From Squalus acanthias (Eukaryota), in NCBI GenBank assembly GCA_030390025.1, contig CM059431.1, positions 149,360,001-149,424,000 on the forward strand: a DNA stretch of 64,000 bases. Direction: 5' to 3'. A program made the translations under genes and the position numbers. The notes beneath the pieces were generated by a model. That model saw only the letters and a program-made list of their open reading frames with translations, did no database searches and was not told the origin of the DNA. How positions within the stretch are numbered: position 1 is the stretch's first letter; each line of letters starts with the position of its first letter. Positions 12,480 through 27,000 of this stretch are shown piece after piece.

Positions 12480-14195
12480 GATCCCTCCCCTGACTCTCTA
12501 TCTCTCTCTTACCCCTTCAACAGTAATCTGCGTCTGTCTTCAACCCGGCTGTTCCCCCGGTCTGTTTCTTTATTTTTCTCTCCATAATCTGCCTCTCTCT
12601 GTTTATGCCTACGTCTGTCTCCCCCGTCTGTTTCTAACCATCTGTCTCTCTCTGTCTTCCCCGTCTGTCTCCCCGTCTGTTACCCACCTCACTCTCGCTC
12701 TATTCCCCTACAATTTCCTCCCCCACTGACCCTCCGTGACTTTCTATTTCTCTGTCACACACGTTTATCTCTCTCTCTCACTGTCTCACTATATCTGTCT
12801 CCCCCGGTCTGTCGCTCCTCTGTCTGTCAGTCGGTTTATTTGTCTCCCCGTCTCACTCTCTCTCTCTCTGTCTCCCCACTTCCGTCTCACTGTCTCCCTC
12901 CCCGTTCGTCTCTCTCCCTCTCTGTCTCACTCCATCTTTCTTCACGGTCTGTCTATTTTTCTGCTCCGTATTTCTCTCTGTCAGATTCTATCTCCCTGCA
13001 TCAGTCTCCCCGCCGTTCTCTGCTGATATCTCACCCATCTGTCTCTCTGTCTTTGTTTCCCCTATTCATATCTCCGCCGTCTGTCTCCCCGTCTGACTCA
13101 CCCTGTCATTGTGTTTCTCTGTCTCCCGCATTTCTCTCCCTCTCTCTGCCTCACCCCGTCTGTCTACCCTCATCTATCTCCATCAGTCTCTCATCCCCGC
13201 GGTCAGTCTCTCACTCTGTCTCCCCCATATTTCTCTCTCACTCTGTCTCCCCAGCCTATCTCCTAAGTCTATCTCCCCCGTCTTTCTCCCCTCTCTGTCT
13301 CCCCAGTCTGTCTCCCATAATTCCTGCTCATCTGTCTCCCCCTTCTGTCTCCCTCATCTGTCTCACCTGGCTGTCTTCCCGTCTGTCTCTCTAGCTCTGT
13401 CTCTCCCATATGTGAATCTCACGTCTATCCCCCCTGTCTGTCTCCCGACACTGTCTCCCACACCTGTCTCCAGCTGCTTCCCCCTTCTGTCTCCCCAATC
13501 TCGCACCTGTCTCACCCCATCTGTCTCCCTTTATCTGTTACACCCCACCATCTGTCTCTCTCTCTCTCTGCCTCAATACCGTCTGTTCACTTTCTTTCTT
13601 CCTCTGTCTGTCTCTCCATCTGTCTATTTCTGTGTCACCCACCATCTGCCTCCCCCCAGTCTGTCTCCATCAGTCTCTCACACCGCTGGTCTGTCTCTCC
13701 ACTCCCGGGACTGTTGGTCTCTCTCTATCTCACGCTGCATATATCTCCCTCTCTCATGCACCATCTATCGACCACCCCCTTGCCGCCCACACCCGCCGGT
13801 TTCTCTCTCTCTCTCTCTGTCACCGACCGTCTGTTTCCCCCAACCGTCTCTGTCCGTCTGCCTCAAGCCTGCTTTGTCCCCCGTGTCTGTCACACTCTGT
13901 CCCCCCTCATATGCTTCCCCACCTGCCTCCCTCTCTGTCTCGTCCCATCCATCCCACCGTATTTCTCTCTCTCTCACACTGTCATCGCTGTAAGTCTCTC
14001 TCTCTCTGTCACCCTCATCTTTCTCCCTTCGTCTGTCATCCCCATCTCTCTATTAGTCTCGCCCCCATGTGTGTCTCTCTCTCTGTCTCCAAACTGTCCC
14101 CAAATATACGTCTCCCCCGTCTATCTCCACACTGTCTGTCTCTCTTCAGTCTGCCGCCCAACTGTCTCTTTCTGTGTCTCCAGATCTGTCACCTC
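12480..14195. repeat. CT-rich tract
   Basis: Same cryptic CTCCCCGTCTGTCT motif as 6570-8750. Confidence 0.95.
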
Positions 14196-14199
14196 TACA

Positions 14200-14339
14200 A
14201 TGTCAGGGAGACAGAGAGAGTTACAGACGGTGAAGACTTTCACCAGTGAGATGGACGGCCAGGGACCAAGAAAGAGACAGACTGGTGGAGACATGGGTTT
14301 AGCGAGAGAGAGGGAGACACGGTGTGAGTTAGCGAGAGA

Positions 14340-14376
<37 letters not shown>

Positions 14377-16107
14377 TCAGATGAGTGTGATATCGGCCAG
14401 GGGGTGGGAGTGGGGTGGAGAGACGAATGGAGACACAAGGGGGGAGACAGACAGTTTCTTTTAGAGAGACAAACGAGCACACAGAGAGTGAGAAACAGGG
14501 GTGCCAGAGAAAGAGAGACATACCTGTAGAGGGAGACATATGTTTGGAGACAGGGAGAGCATCAGACCGGGTGCGGGAGATATGAATGGAGATAAACGAG
14601 GTTAAGAGACAGACAACGGATGTCAGTGAGAGAGACAGAGAGAGAGATAGAGAGAGAGCGAGACAGAGTGAGAGACGACGTTGGGAGATAGAGAGAGAGA
14701 CAGATGACGGGATACTGATGGAGACGAAGCAGATTGGGGGAAAGTGAGAGAGAGAGACAGAAGGGGAGACAGATATGTGGCTGAGAGGATGAGAGAGATA
14801 GGGAGACAGAAGGAGCGGATACAGATCGGGCGACAGAGAGAGAAATTGATGGGAGAGCAGCAAGAGAGAAACTGACGGTGGGTGTAATCGAGAGAGAGAC
14901 GGGGTAGGAGACACAAGGTTGTGAGAGAGACGCGGGGAGACAGAGAGAATCACAGACGGGGAGACAGAGAGAGACAGACGGGTGAGATTGATAGAGATAG
15001 AGATTGGGGGAGGCACGACAGAGAGACAGAGACGGTGGCGACTGATGGGGGAGACAGATGGAGTAGACAAGCGAGGGCGACAGAGAGAGTGAGAGATGGG
15101 GGGACAGATCGAGAGACAGACGGCGGGAGTAGAGAGAGAGAGATGGAGGGGAGGCAGACGGGTGGACACAGATGGGGAGAGAAAGAGAAAGACAGACGGG
15201 GAGACAGACGGGCGGAGGCAGAGAGAGACACTGATTGGGGGTGACAGACGGACAGGAGGCTGATTGAGTGACAAAGAAAGAGACTGATTGTGAGGGAGAC
15301 AGAGAGAGGGAGAGAGGTTGTAGACTAACTGAGAGGTGACAGATCGAGGGTCAGACAGTGAGCCTGACGGATGGACAGAGAGAGAAAGACTGTCGATGGG
15401 GTTGATAGAGAGAGAGAAGTGTGAGCAGACTGACGGTGTTAGACAGACGGGGTGAGTCAGAGAGAATCACAGAAGAGAGAGACAAAGATAGATGTGGGAG
15501 ACAGACGGCGGAGACCGACGGCAGTAGACAGGCAGGCGAGTCAGAAAGTGTCAGATGGTGAGATAGAGATGGAGACACGGAGAGAAAGACAGGGGAGGCA
15601 GATGGGGGAGACAGAGAGCGAGAGAGTGAGAGAGACTGGGGCGACAGACTGGGGAGACAGACGGGGCAACAAAGAGAGAGAAATAGATGCGAGACAGGGA
15701 GAGAAATACAGGGAGCGACAGACGGAGGATATAGACATAGAGACAGAAAAAGAGAGACAGACGAGCATTGATGGAGGGAGAGATAGAGATAGACGGAGGA
15801 GACAGATGGGTTAGACTGACATGGCAGACAGAAACTGGGAGACAGAGGGAAAGACAGGCGGGCAAAAGATGAAGTGAGACAGTCGGAATGCAGATAGACA
15901 TGGAACGGAGATGGGGGAAAGAGAGAGGACAACCTGGGGCAATTGAATGAGAGAGACAGTCAGAAGGGAAAGTAAGGGGGAAGACAGATGGGGGTCTGAC
16001 ATAGAGATAGAGACACAGAGACAGATGGTGGACAACAGAAAGAGAGAGATGGGTTCAGACGGGTGGGGGAGGCAGACCGGGAGAAAGAAAGAGAGAGAGA
16101 TAGAGCG

Positions 16108-16155
<48 letters not shown>

Positions 16156-17160
16156 TGGGGAGGCAGAGAGAGAGGGATACGGTGGAGACAGACAGGTAGA
16201 TGGAGAGAGAGGCAGATGGGGCAGAGAGTGTTCTTGGAGATGGATCGGGGGAGACCTAGGGAGAGAGCGCCAGACCCGGGGAGAGAGCGGGTGGAGAGAG
16301 AGAGATTGATGCGATGGGAGCCAGAGAGAGAGTGACAGATGAGGGTGAGACAGACCGGGTTGAGTGGGGAGAGATGAATGGACAAACATTAGGGGAGACA
16401 GATGGTGTACGACAGAGAGGGATAGGGACCGATTGGAGAGACAGACGGCAGGGAGACAGACGGGGCCAAGAGAGAGAGAGCGAGAGAGGGAGATAGAGAG
16501 ACAGTCAGGGGAATAGGGAGAAAAAGACGCGGATGACAGACAGGGGCACAGAAAGAGAGAGACAGACATCGGGAGACAGTCAGGGGAGTCAGACATGGGG
16601 AGATTTCGGGAGAGAGAGAGACAGACGGGATGAGATGGAGAGAGAAAACGGAGTGAAACGGATCAGGGAATCAGAAGAGGGTAAGTGATAGACAGAGGGG
16701 AAAGAGAGAATGAGAGAAACAGGGCGAGACAGAAGGGGAGACAGAGAGAGAGAGAGACGCGGCAGTCGACAGACAAAGAGGCACAAATGTGGGTGCTGAG
16801 AGAGGGAGACAGACACGGGAACAGGCGGGGAAGACAAAGAGAAGACAGACCGGGAAGACCGAGAGCGATATAGAAGTTGGGGGACAGATGGCAGTGAAAC
16901 GTTTGGAGAACAGAAACGAATTGAAATAAATAAGGTTGGGGAGGTGATGGTAAGTCTGTTGGTAACAGAGAGAGTGATGGGGAAGTTAAACGGGGAGGAG
17001 AGAGACTGGGGTTACAGAGAGAGACAGAGACAGACCGGGGGAGACAGACTGGGGGCACAAGAGCCGGATGGAGACAGGCGGGGGCGGGAGACAGGCGGTG
17101 CGTGACAGAGAGAGACAGACGGGGGAGACAGACGGAGAGGAGACAGACCAAGGAAACAGG
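14200..17160. repeat. GA-rich tract, opposite polarity to the preceding tract
   Basis: AGACAGACGGGGAG motif. Confidence 0.95.
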
Positions 17161-17169
17161 AAGAACGAC

Positions 17170-17845
17170 TGGTAACGGGGAAATGAACCATCATCCAAAA
17201 ACTGACCAAATCACCATCAATTAATCAGCCGATGCAAAAAACCCAGTTCCCGGAAACTGAACAGTTGGCCACTACCTTTCTGAAAAGATGCAAACTGTTC
17301 CACCACCCAGAATATGACCAATTCACCATCACCTAAACAAATACAGGTAAACTGGCCCTTCACCCGGAAACTGACCAATTGACCATGTCCGAACATGACA
17401 CGTGTAAGCTGAACCCGCTCCGATAAATTGACCAATGAACAACAACTAACCCAGCACAGGTAAATGGCACAGTTCCCAGAAGCTGACCAAGTCTACGTCA
17501 CTTAAGCCTTTCAAATAAATGGCACAATTCCAAAAAACTGACCAGGTAGCAATCATCAACGCTAATACACGTAAACTGACCCAGCACACAGAAACTGACC
17601 GATGAGCAACATCTTCCCCAGCACATGTAAATTGACAGAGTTCCCACAAACTGACCAATTCACGATCACCTAACCTGGCACAGGCAAACTGACCCCGCAC
17701 CAAGAAACTGAACAATTAACCATCTCCTAACCGAACACGTGTAAACTGATCATGCACCGATAAATTGACCAAGTGAGAATCAACTAACCCATGCAGATGC
17801 AAAGCGGCCCAGTAACCGGAAAGTGATTAAGAAATCACGAAGTAA
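17170..17845. repeat. ~56 bp minisatellite, ~12 copies
   Basis: AAACTGACCAA recurs at ~56 bp spacing, with a second GTAAACTGACC inside each unit. Confidence 0.85.
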
Positions 17846-20800
17846 CCCAGTGTGGTGCGAAGCACCACACAGAGCGGGATGAGCCCAGGATCATTTCCAG
17901 GCCACTGGTGTGTTAGCTGATCTCACCCGGTGTGGTACTGAGCCCTACGCAAAGCACGATGCGCCCAGGATAATTTCCAGGCCAGTGGTGTGTTAGCTGA
18001 TCTCATCCGGTGTGGTACGGCGCACCACACAGAGCAGGATGCGCCCAGGATCATTTCCAGGCCAGTGGTGTGTTAGCTGATCTCACCCGGTGTGGGAATG
18101 AGCATGATGGGACCAGGATCATTCCGCAGACTGTGGCGTGTTAGCTAATACCCCACATTGTGTTACTGAGCCACACATTGAGTAGGATGTGCCCAGGATG
18201 ATTCCCAAGTCTGTGGTGGGTTAGCAGATCCCACCCAGTGTGCAACTGAGCACAACAATGAGCAGGATAGGCCCAGAATCATTCCCCGGCTTGTGGTGTG
18301 TTTCCCGAACGCACCCGGTGTGGTACTGAGCCCCACACAGAGCAGGATAGCCCCTGGCTCCATTCAAGGCCTGTGATGTGTTTGTTATTCTCATTTGCTG
18401 ATTATCTGAGCCCCAAACACAGAGGACGATGGGCCCGGGTGCCATTCGTGTCCTGCGGTAATTCTGTTGTTCTCATTTGGTGAGGTACTGAGCCCGACAC
18501 ACAGAAGAGGAATGGGCCTGGCTCCATCCCAGGCCTGTGGAATGTTAGTTGTTATCCTTTGGTGGGCAACTGAGCCCCACACACAGAGCAGGAAAAGGCT
18601 CAGTTTCTGTTAACAGATCTGAACCGGTGCAATACTCAACCCAACAGAGCAGGAAAGACACAGGAACTATCCCTGCTTGTCGTGTGTTAGCTGAGCTCCC
18701 CCGTGTGGCACGGAGGCACAAACAGGGAAGGAAGATCGCAGGCCTCATTCCCGGCCTGTGCTGATTGAGCTGCACCCGGCCGGTGTGGTACGGAGCCCCG
18801 CACACAGTGCAGGATTGGTCCAGCATCATTCCCCGGTCTTTCGTGAGTTTACTGAAAACACCCGGTTTAAACTGATTCCAACACACAGTGCAGGATAGGC
18901 CCAGGATCATTCCACGGCATGTGGTGCGTTAGCTGAAACCACCCGGTGTGGTACTGAGTCCCACAAAAACAGGATGGGCCTTGGAGCATTCCCAGGCTTG
19001 TGGTGCGTTTGCAGATATCAGCCAGTGTGGCACTCAGCCCCACAAAGAGCTGGATGGCCCAGGATCATTACGCGGCCTCTGGTGTGTTAGCTGATCTCAC
19101 CCAGTGTGGTAATGAGTCCCACACAGAGCTGGATGGGCTCAGGATCATTGCCGGCCTTTTGTATGTCAGTCGTTCACAGTCGGTGAGTTACATAGCCCCA
19201 CACAGAGCAGGAAGGGCCCAGACTCCATTCCCGGCCTATTGTATGTCAGCTGTTCACAGTCGGTGAGTTACTGAGCCCCACACAGAGCAGGAAGGGCCCA
19301 GACTTCATTCCTGGCATGTTGTATGTCAGATGTTCATTGTCGGTGAGTTACTGAGACCCACACAGAGCAGGAAAGGCACAGGCTTCATTTCCGTCCTGTG
19401 GTATTTCATTTATTCTCATTCGATGAGGTACTGACCAGGAAGGGACTAGGCTCCATTCTCTTCCCTAAGGTGTTTTCCCTGATCTCACCAGATGTGATAC
19501 TGAGCACCATACACAGAGCAGGTAGTGCACAGGCTTCTTTCCTGACCTGAGGTTTATCTGTTATTCTCACTCGCTGAGGTACTGAGCCCAACACACAGGG
19601 TAGGATGGGCCCAGGCTCCATTCCTGGCCTGTAGTAAGTCCGTTGTTCTCATTCGCTGAGTTACTGAGACCCACGCGGAGAGATGGAAGGTCCTAGGCTC
19701 CATGCCCTGTGCTGTGGTGCTTTCCCTGATCTCAACCAGTGTGATACTGAGAACCTCACAGAGAGCAGGAAGGGCAGAGGCTCCATTCCCGGTGTGTTAT
19801 ATGTTAGTTGTTCTCATTTAGAGAGGGCTGAGGCCCACACAGAGCAGGAAGGGCCCAGGCTCTATGTTAATTGTTCTCATAGTGGTATGTCTGTTATTCT
19901 CATCCGGTGAGATACTGTTCTCCACACCGTACAGGTAGGGCTCAGGATTATTCCTGGCCTGTTGTATATCAGTCGTTCACAGTCAGTGAGGTACTGAGCC
20001 CCACACAGAGCAGCAAGTCCCCAACCTCAATACCGGCCTATGGTATGTCAGTTGGTCACTTTCGGTGAGGTACTGAGCCCCACACAGAGCAGGAAGGGCC
20101 CAGGCTGCATCCCCGGCCTATGGTATGTCAGATGGTCACTTTCGGTGAGGTATTGATCCCCGCACGGAGCAGGAAGGGCCCAGGCTCCATTTCCGGCCTA
20201 TGGTAGGCATTTATTCACATTCGCTGAGGTACTGAGCTCCACACAGTGTAGCAAGGGCCCCGGATCGTTCCTGGCGTCTGGTATTTTTACCTGATCCCAC
20301 CCGTTGTGATACTGAGCAACACCCACAGAGCAGGATGGGCCCAGTCTCCATTCCCGGATTGTGGTATGTGAATTGTTGTCATTCGGTGATGTACGGATCA
20401 CCACACAGAGAGCAGGAATGGCCCAGACTTTGTTAAAAGTTCTGAACTGGTTTAGTGCTAAGCCCCACAGAGCAGGAAAGAAGCAGGTTCCATTCGGGCC
20501 TTTCCTGTGTTAGCTGATCTGAACCGATGTGGTAATGAGTCCTACAGAGAGTTGGATGGACCTTGGATCATTCCCAGGCCTGTGGTGCGTTAGCAGATGT
20601 CACCCAGTGTGGCACTGAGCCCGACCCAAAGCTGAATGGGCCCAGGAACATTCCGCGGCCTGTGGTGTGTTAGCTGATCTCACCAATGTGTTACTGAGTG
20701 CAACAAGAGCAGGATGGGCTCAGGATCATTTTTTGGCTGTTGTATGTCAGACGTTCGCAGTCGGAAAGGTACTGAGCCCCACACAGAGCAGGAAGGGCCT

Positions 20801-22571
20801 AGGCTACATTTCCGGCATTTGGTATGTCATTCATTCTCGTTCAGTGAGGTACTGAGCCCCACACACAGTGCAGGAATGGCCCAGGTTCCATTCCCGGCAT
20901 GTGGTGTGTCATTTATTCTCATTCGGTGAGGTACTGAGCTTTACACATAGAGAAGAAGGGCCGAGGCTTCATTCCCGGCCTGTGGTATATCAGTGATTCT
21001 CATTCGGTGAGGTACTGAGCTCTACACATTGAGCAGGAAGGGCCTAGTCTCCATTCCTGGCCTTTGGTATGTCAGTGATTCTCATTCGGTGAGGTACTGA
21101 GCCCTACAAACAGAGCAGGAACGACCGATGCTCCATTCCCTGAACTGAGGTGTTTTCCCTGATCTCAATCGGTGTGATACGGAGCATCAAAAACAGAGCA
21201 GGAAGGACAAAGGCTCCAGTCCCAGCCTATGGTATGCCTATTATTCTCATTCGGTGAGTTACGGAGCCCCACACATAGAGCAGGATGAGCCCAGGCTCCA
21301 TTCCTGTCCTTTGGTATGTTCGTTGTTCTCAATCAGAGAGGGTTGAGCCTCACACAAAGCAGGAAATACCAAGGTTCCATTCCCAGACTGTGGCATGTCA
21401 GTTATTCTCATTCGGTGAGGTACTGAGCTCCACACAGTGCAGCAAGGGCCCACGATCATTCCTGGTCTGCTGTGCTTTCCCTGGTCTCACCCGGTGTGAT
21501 ACTGAGCAACACACACAGAGAAGGATGGGCCCAGGCGCCATTAACGACCTGTGGTACATCAGTTGTTCTCATTCAGTGAGGTACTGATCCCAACGTACAG
21601 AGCAGGAATGGCCCAGGCTCTGTTAACAGATCTGAACTGGTGTAGTGCTCAGCCCCACAGAACAGGAATGATGCAGGATCCATTTGGGTCAGTGCTGTGT
21701 TAGCTAATCTCACCCGGTATGGAACTGTGACCCACAGAGAGCAGAATGGGCCCTGGATCATTCCACAGCCTATGCTTTGTTACCCGATCGCACACGATGT
21801 GGTAATCAAGCCCACACAGAGCAGGATGACCCCAGGCTCCATTCCCGGCCTGTGGTATGTCTGTTATTCTCATTCGGTGAGGTACTGAGATCCACACCGT
21901 GCAGAAAGTTCACAGGATCATTCCCTGTCCTGTGGTGTTTTCCCTGATCTCACCCGGTGTGATACTGAGCACCACACACAGAGCAGAAACGGCCCACGCT
22001 CCATTCCTGGCCAGTCGTTATCAGTTGTTCTCATTCGTAGAGTTACTGAGCCCCACACAAAGAGCAGGAAGTGCCCAGGTTCATTCCCTGTCCTGTTGAT
22101 GTTTTCCCTGATCACAACCCGTATGATACTGAGCACCGAACACAGAGCAGGAAAGGGCGTGGCTCCATTCCCGGCATGTGGTATATCAGTTGTTCTCATT
22201 CGGTGAGGTACTGATCCACACACACAGAACATGAATTGTCCAGGCTCTTTTAACAGATCAGAACGGGTGCAGTACTCAGCCCCACAGAACACGAAAGAGG
22301 CGGGATCCATACCGGCCTGTGCTGTGTGAGCTGATCTCACAGAATCAGCCCCACACACAGTGCAGGATGGGCTCAGGATCAATCCACCGAATTGGTGTGT
22401 AAGCAGATTTCACCCGGTGTGCTACTGAGTCCCATACATAGTTCAGGATGAGCCCAGGATCATTCCACGACCTGTGGTGTGTTAGGTGATCTCACCTGGT
22501 GTGGTACTGAGCCCCACACAGAGCAGGATATGCCCAGGATCATTCCCAGGCCTGTGGTGTGTTAGCAGATA

Positions 22572-22950
22572 TCGGGAACGATGGCATAGTGGTTATGTTA
22601 CTGGACAAGTAATTCAGAGGCCTAGAATAATGATCGAGAGACGTGAGTTCAACTTCCACCATGGCAGCTGTGGAATTTAAATTCAGTGAATTATGTAAAT
22701 GTGGAATAAAAATTTAATATCAATAATGGTGACTACAAAACTAACAGATTTTCATAAAAACCCATCTGGTTCACTAATGTCCTTCAGGGCAGGAAATCTG
22801 CAAAACTTACCTGGTCTGTCCTATATGTGACTCCAGACCGACAGCAATGTGGTTGACTCTTAACTGCCCGCTGAAATGGCAATTTGGGATGGGCCATAAA
22901 TGCTGGCCTTGCCACTAACGCCCATCCCGTGAACGAATAAAGAAAAAAAA
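22572..22950 (+). mobile_element. tRNA-derived SINE (LF-SINE-like) inserted in the satellite
   Basis: A box TGGCATAGTGG, B-box-like GAGTTCAACTTCC, body CTGGTTCACTAATGTCCTTCAGGG and A-rich tail; it interrupts a satellite unit. Confidence 0.85.
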
Positions 22951-23099
22951 TCACACCCAGTGTGACTGAGTCCCACACGAAGCAATATGTGCCTAGGATC
23001 ATTCCCAGTGCTGACGTGTGTTTGCACATATCAACCTGTGTGGTACTGAGTCCCAAACAGAGCATGGGTGGTTTCAGGATCATACCATGGCCTGGTGAG

Positions 23100-24000
23100 T
23101 TACTGAGGTTCAAAGAACAGGACAGTTGCATGCATCCTCTCGTGTCTATGCTGAACTATCGCATGTCACCTGCTGTGTGGACCTAACACAACATAGGTAA
23201 ACTGACCAACCACTCAGATTCTGCTCCATAATAAATTAACTTAACCTGAAACCTTAAAGGTAGCCATTTCCCGAAAGCGATGCCAGGGCACGGCCTGATT
23301 CAGGGATCATTAATTGTTGGTAAAAACTTCAACCCGATTACATTACTGATGCCAGAGTTTCAAAGAGTATTCTCGGCTGAGTAAAGCAATCAGATGTAAT
23401 CAACAGTAAAAGTTAAAAGCCCAGCATTCTCGGCACTGACATCACTAATCAACCACCTGTGTAAGTAACATTTCAGTACAATGGGGCTGAATCATCAAAC
23501 AGCGTTGCGAAAAGCAGGCATACAGTGGATTACATATCTTCACAGTTAGGGACTGTCCAGAAACACTCACTGAACACACAGTTTGATGACGTAAGGTAAA
23601 AATCAACTTCTGTCCGAATAACGATTAAATATGCACGCACTTTCTGCGAGAAGTGGTGATTTATGTTGTTCTTGGAGTAGCTGCTGTTCGCTTGACTGGA
23701 TGCTTGATTTGCACACAAAGGAAATCTGCACTGAGACGCTCAAATTACATGATCCTATTAGTGCCAGTCAGGTGGGCACAGCAGCGTGAGATACTATTCC
23801 CACTCATGGCTAATATATTTAAATAGAGGTATTGAGGATGAACACTCAAAGCAATCCAAAAATTCAATCAATGTCACTTCACTCATTAAACTCCCTGACT
23901 GGACAACCCTAACAAATGTAGATCAGACTATGACAGGTAAACTGACCTGTTTAACTGCGGGAGGCAGTCTCAGTAAAGAAGATTCGATTCCCTGCAGTAA
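23100..24000. repeat. Non-satellite cassette, copy 1
   Basis: Aligns with 29620-30530, 34170-34775 and 35440-36115. Confidence 0.9.
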
Positions 24001-27000
24001 TGGCTCCATACCCGGCCTGTTGTATTCCAGTTGTTCTCAAACGGTGAGGTACTGAGCCCCAAGCAATGAGTTAGAAGGGCCCAGGCTCCATTCCCGGCCT
24101 GTGATATGGCTATTGTTCTCAATTGGAGATGGACTGTGCCCCGCACACAGAGCAGCAAGTTCCCAGGTTCATTCCCTCTCCTGTGATATGTTAGATGATC
24201 GCATCCGGGGTGATACTGGGCACCACACACAGAGCAAGATGGGTCAAGGCTCCAAACCAGTCCTGCGGAATGTAAGTTGTTCTCATTTGATGAGGAACTG
24301 AACACACACACAGTGCTGGAAGGACCCAGTCTCCATTCCCGGCCTGTGTTATTTCTGTTGTTCTCATTCAGTGTGGTACTGAGCCCCACACACAGTGCAG
24401 GATAGGCCCAGGATCATTCCACGACCTGTGGTGTGTCAGCTGATCTCACCCAGTGTTGTACTGAGCACCACACAGAGCAGGATGGGCACAGGATATTTCT
24501 ACGGCCTGTGGTATGTTAGCTGATATAAATCAGATTGGAACGGTACCCCACACAGAGCAGGATGGGCCGAGAATGATTTTCAAGCCTTTGATGTGCTCGC
24601 TGATCTCATCCGGTGTTGTACTGAGCACCACACTGAGCTGGATTAGCCCAGGTTACATTTCCGGCCTCTGCTGTGCCAGTTATTCTCATTTGTTGAGCAA
24701 CTGAACCCCATACACAGAGGACGAAGTGCCCAGGTTCCATTCCTGGCATGTGGTATTCTGTTGTTCTCATTTGGTGAGGTACTGAGCCACACACACAGAG
24801 CAGGATGGGCCCAAGATCATTCCACGACCTGTTCTGGGTTAGCTGGTCCCACCCAGTGTTGTACTGAGTCCCACACAGAGCAGGGTTGGCCCGGGATCAT
24901 TCCAGTGCTGTTGGGGTGTTAGCCGATGTCACCCGGTGTGTTACTGAGCCCCTCATAGTGCAGGATAGGACAACTCTCCTTTACTGGCCTGGGCTGTGTC
25001 AGTTCTTCTCATTTGGTGAGGAACTGAAACTCACCCAGAGAGAAGGGAGGCCCCAGGCTCCATTCCCTGCCCTTGTTATGTCTGTTATTCTCATTTGGTG
25101 AGGTACTGAGCTCCACACAGTGCAGGAAGGCCACAGGATCATTCCCTCTCCTGTGGTATGTTATCTGATCTGACATGGTGTGATACTGAGCACCACACAC
25201 AGAGCAGGATGTGCCCAGTTTACATTCCCGGCCTGTACTGTGCCAGTTATTCTCATTTGTTGAGGAACTGAGCCCCACACACAGAAGACGAAGGGCCTAA
25301 GTTATATTTCTGGCCTATGGTTTTCTGTTGATCGCATTTGTTGAGGAACTGAGCCCCACACAAAAATGATGAAGGTCACAGCTTCAATTCCTCTCCTGTG
25401 GTATTCTCTTGTTCTCATCCGCTGAGGTACTGAGCACCACAAACAGATGAGGAATGACCCAGGCTCTGTTAACAGATTCGAATCGGTGCAGTGCTCAGCC
25501 CCGCAGAACAGGGGAAAGAGGCAGGATCCATCCAGGCCATACCTGTTTTAACTGATGTCCCGCGTGTGGTACCGAGTCATACACCGAGCAGGAAGATCCC
25601 AGGCTCCATCCACGGCCTGTGCTGTGTGAGCTGCTCTCACTCAGTGTGGTACTGAGACAAAAATATAGCAGGGTTGGTCCAGCAGCAATGCCCGGCCAAT
25701 GGTGTTTTATCTGATCACACCCGGTGTGGTACTGAGCCTGACACAAATCAGGATAGGGCCAGGATCATCCCCCGGCCTGTGGTGTGTTAGCTGATCACAA
25801 CCTGTGTGGGACTGAGACCCACACAGAGCAGGATAGGCCCAGGATCATTCCGCATCCTGTGGTGTGTTAGCTGATCACAACCTGTGTGGGACTGAGACCC
25901 TTAGAGTGCAGGATGGGCCCATGATCATTCCCTCTCCTGTGGTGTGTTAGCTGCTCACACCCGGTGTGGTACTGAGCCCGACAATGAGCAGGATGGGACC
26001 AGGATCATTCCCGTGGCTTTGGTGTATTGCTGATCGCACCTGGTGTGGTACTGAGTCCCACACAGAGCAGGATGTGCCCAGGATCATTTCCAGGCCTGTG
26101 GTGTGTCTCCTGAACTTACCCGGTGTGCTATTGAGACCAAAACAGAGACAGTTGGGCCCAGGATCATTCCGCAGCCCTTACCTTTTCAGCTGATACCCCC
26201 ACTGTGGTACTTAGCCCCAGATTGAGCAGGAACTGTCCAGGATCATACACCGGCCTGTGGTGGGTTAGCTGATCCCACCCAGTGTTCTACTGAGCCACAA
26301 ACTGCGCACGATATGCCCAGGATCTTTCCGAGGCCTGTGGTGTAGTTCGTGAACTCACCCTGTGTGGTAGTGTGCCCCACACAGAGCAAGATGGGCCCAG
26401 AATCTTTCTCTGGCATTTGCTGTGCCGCTAATCGCACCCGGTGTGGTACTGAGTCCCACAGAGCGCGTAATAGTCCCAGGATCCATTTCCGGCCTGTGCT
26501 CTGTCAGTTATTCTTATTTGGTGAGGTACTGAACACAATCCAGAGAGAAGGGAGATCGCAGTATCCATTCCCGGCCAAAGGTATGTCTGTATTCTCATTT
26601 GATGAATTACTGAGCTACACAAAGTGGACGAAGGGCGCAGGATCATGCCCTGTTCTGTGGTATGTTAGCTGATCTGAACCGGTGCGATACTGAGCACCAC
26701 ACACAGAGGACGATGGACCCAGCCTCCATTCGTTGCATTTGCTCATTCTGTTGTTCTCATTTGGTGAGGTACTGAGCGCCATACAGTGCAAGAAGGGCCC
26801 AGTCTCCATTCCCGGCCTAATTTTTGTCAGTTATTCTCATGCAGTGAGGTACTGAGCCCCAAACACAGAGCATGAGGGGCCCAGGAGCAAACCCTCTCCT
26901 GTGGTATGTCAGTTGTTCTCATTTGGAGCTGGACTGTGCCCAGTATACACAGCAGACGGGCCCAGGATCATTCCCTGTCCTGAGGTTTTTTCCCTGAACT

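Noticed and set aside
6466..17200. Long Ser/Leu/Pro/Cys-rich and Arg/Glu-rich ORFs
   Set aside because: Artefacts of stop-poor CT/GA tracts; they are open in several frames at once.
22572..22670. tRNA gene
   Set aside because: A and B boxes belong to a SINE head; no cloverleaf.
23437..23940. Ig/TCR V-gene promoter plus leader exon
   Set aside because: The decamer is present, but the octamer is imperfect and no signal peptide or V exon follows.
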